This document shows, piece by piece, positions 63,401 through 64,000 of a DNA stretch of 64,000 nucleotides; within the stretch, counting starts at the first letter, position 1, and each line of letters starts with the position of its first letter. Location: positions 2,666,001 through 2,730,000 of the forward strand of contig CM007989.1 in NCBI GenBank assembly GCA_002189035.1. The letters run 5' to 3'. Origin of the DNA: Utricularia gibba (Eukaryota > Plantae > Magnoliophyta). A program made the position numbers and the translations under genes. The notes below the pieces were generated by a model, which saw only the letters and a list, made by a program, of their open reading frames with translations, did not search any database and was not told the DNA's origin.

Positions 63401-64000
63401 AGCTGGAAGCTCAAGTAAAGGCACCCTTTCTGGTGCTATGAATATGCCCCAGGAGACCACACAGGCATGGAGTAAATATTGCATCTTAATATGTGCTCTT
63501 TGTGATTTTGGTGAATAATTGAGAATATGTTCAATACGAGTTTTCTGGATTATTTGGAGTTATTTATTTTTATTTCCTCTTTTTAAATTTTAAACGTCAC
63601 GTTCTTCAGGAGGGTTGAAGTTTTGTTTGTTTTCTTCATTAATTTTTCATATTTGAAATTGGCAGTGTGGTATCAATGGCATGCTGGATGACTGGGAAGA
63701 AAATTTGGCGGTGATAACTGCAAACCGAACAAAGGGTGATGAACTTGTGCTTGTTCACCTGGGAGATTGTTTATGGAAGGAAAAAAATGATGTATGTTCT
63801 TTCTTTTTGTTTTCTTGGAAGTACAATCACGAAGGTTTGGAATTGCATTTTTAATCTCATATGCTACAGATAATTGCTGCACACATATGCTATTTGGTAG
63901 CAGAAGCCGTCTTTGAGCCATATTCAGACAGTGCTAGGTTGTGTCTTCTCGGAGCAGATCACTGGAAGTCACCCCGAACATATGCAAGTGCAGAAGCAAT
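60468..64000 (+). CDS. SEC16: COPII assembly protein SEC16 (MAG5-like), 3' end beyond the window
   Basis: MASNHPPFQVEDNTDEDFFDKL, YPGWKYD and YPGWYYD motifs, GRPSHALVAFGFGGKL, CQHYGKLRSPYG, LVSGSPLRTLCLLIAG, DDWEENLAVITANRT. Confidence 0.95.

Overview
Gene-dense, transposon-poor eudicot nuclear DNA with about 21 protein-coding loci in 64 kb and many introns of only 60-110 nt. This suggests a very compact genome (inference; the species cannot be determined from the sequence). Positions 14-64 kb hold ordinary plant genes: UTP4/POPCORN, SOFL-like, PCFS4, CYCD5, GATA26/27, ClpR4, an O-fucosyltransferase, a SHAQKYF MYB repressor, HOS1, UCH3, a GT47 exostosin, COBRA-like, MMP, a C2H2 zinc finger and SEC16. 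The first 14 kb is the unusual part: four EF1A copies (-,+,-,-) whose coding sequences and 77-nt internal intron are essentially identical while their UTRs and promoters differ. The cluster also contains an NKAP gene, an inverted and diverged copy of the EF1A bidirectional promoter fused to a truncated NKAP C-terminal ORF, and RPL12 head-to-head with UTP4. At least five genes carry 1-2 nt deletions in short homopolymer runs, most likely consensus-sequencing errors rather than pseudogenisation. I found no tRNA, rRNA, CRISPR array or recognisable transposase. The best candidates for novelty are the EF1A/NKAP rearranged, homogenised cluster and its chimeric ORF. Both need raw-read and RNA validation.
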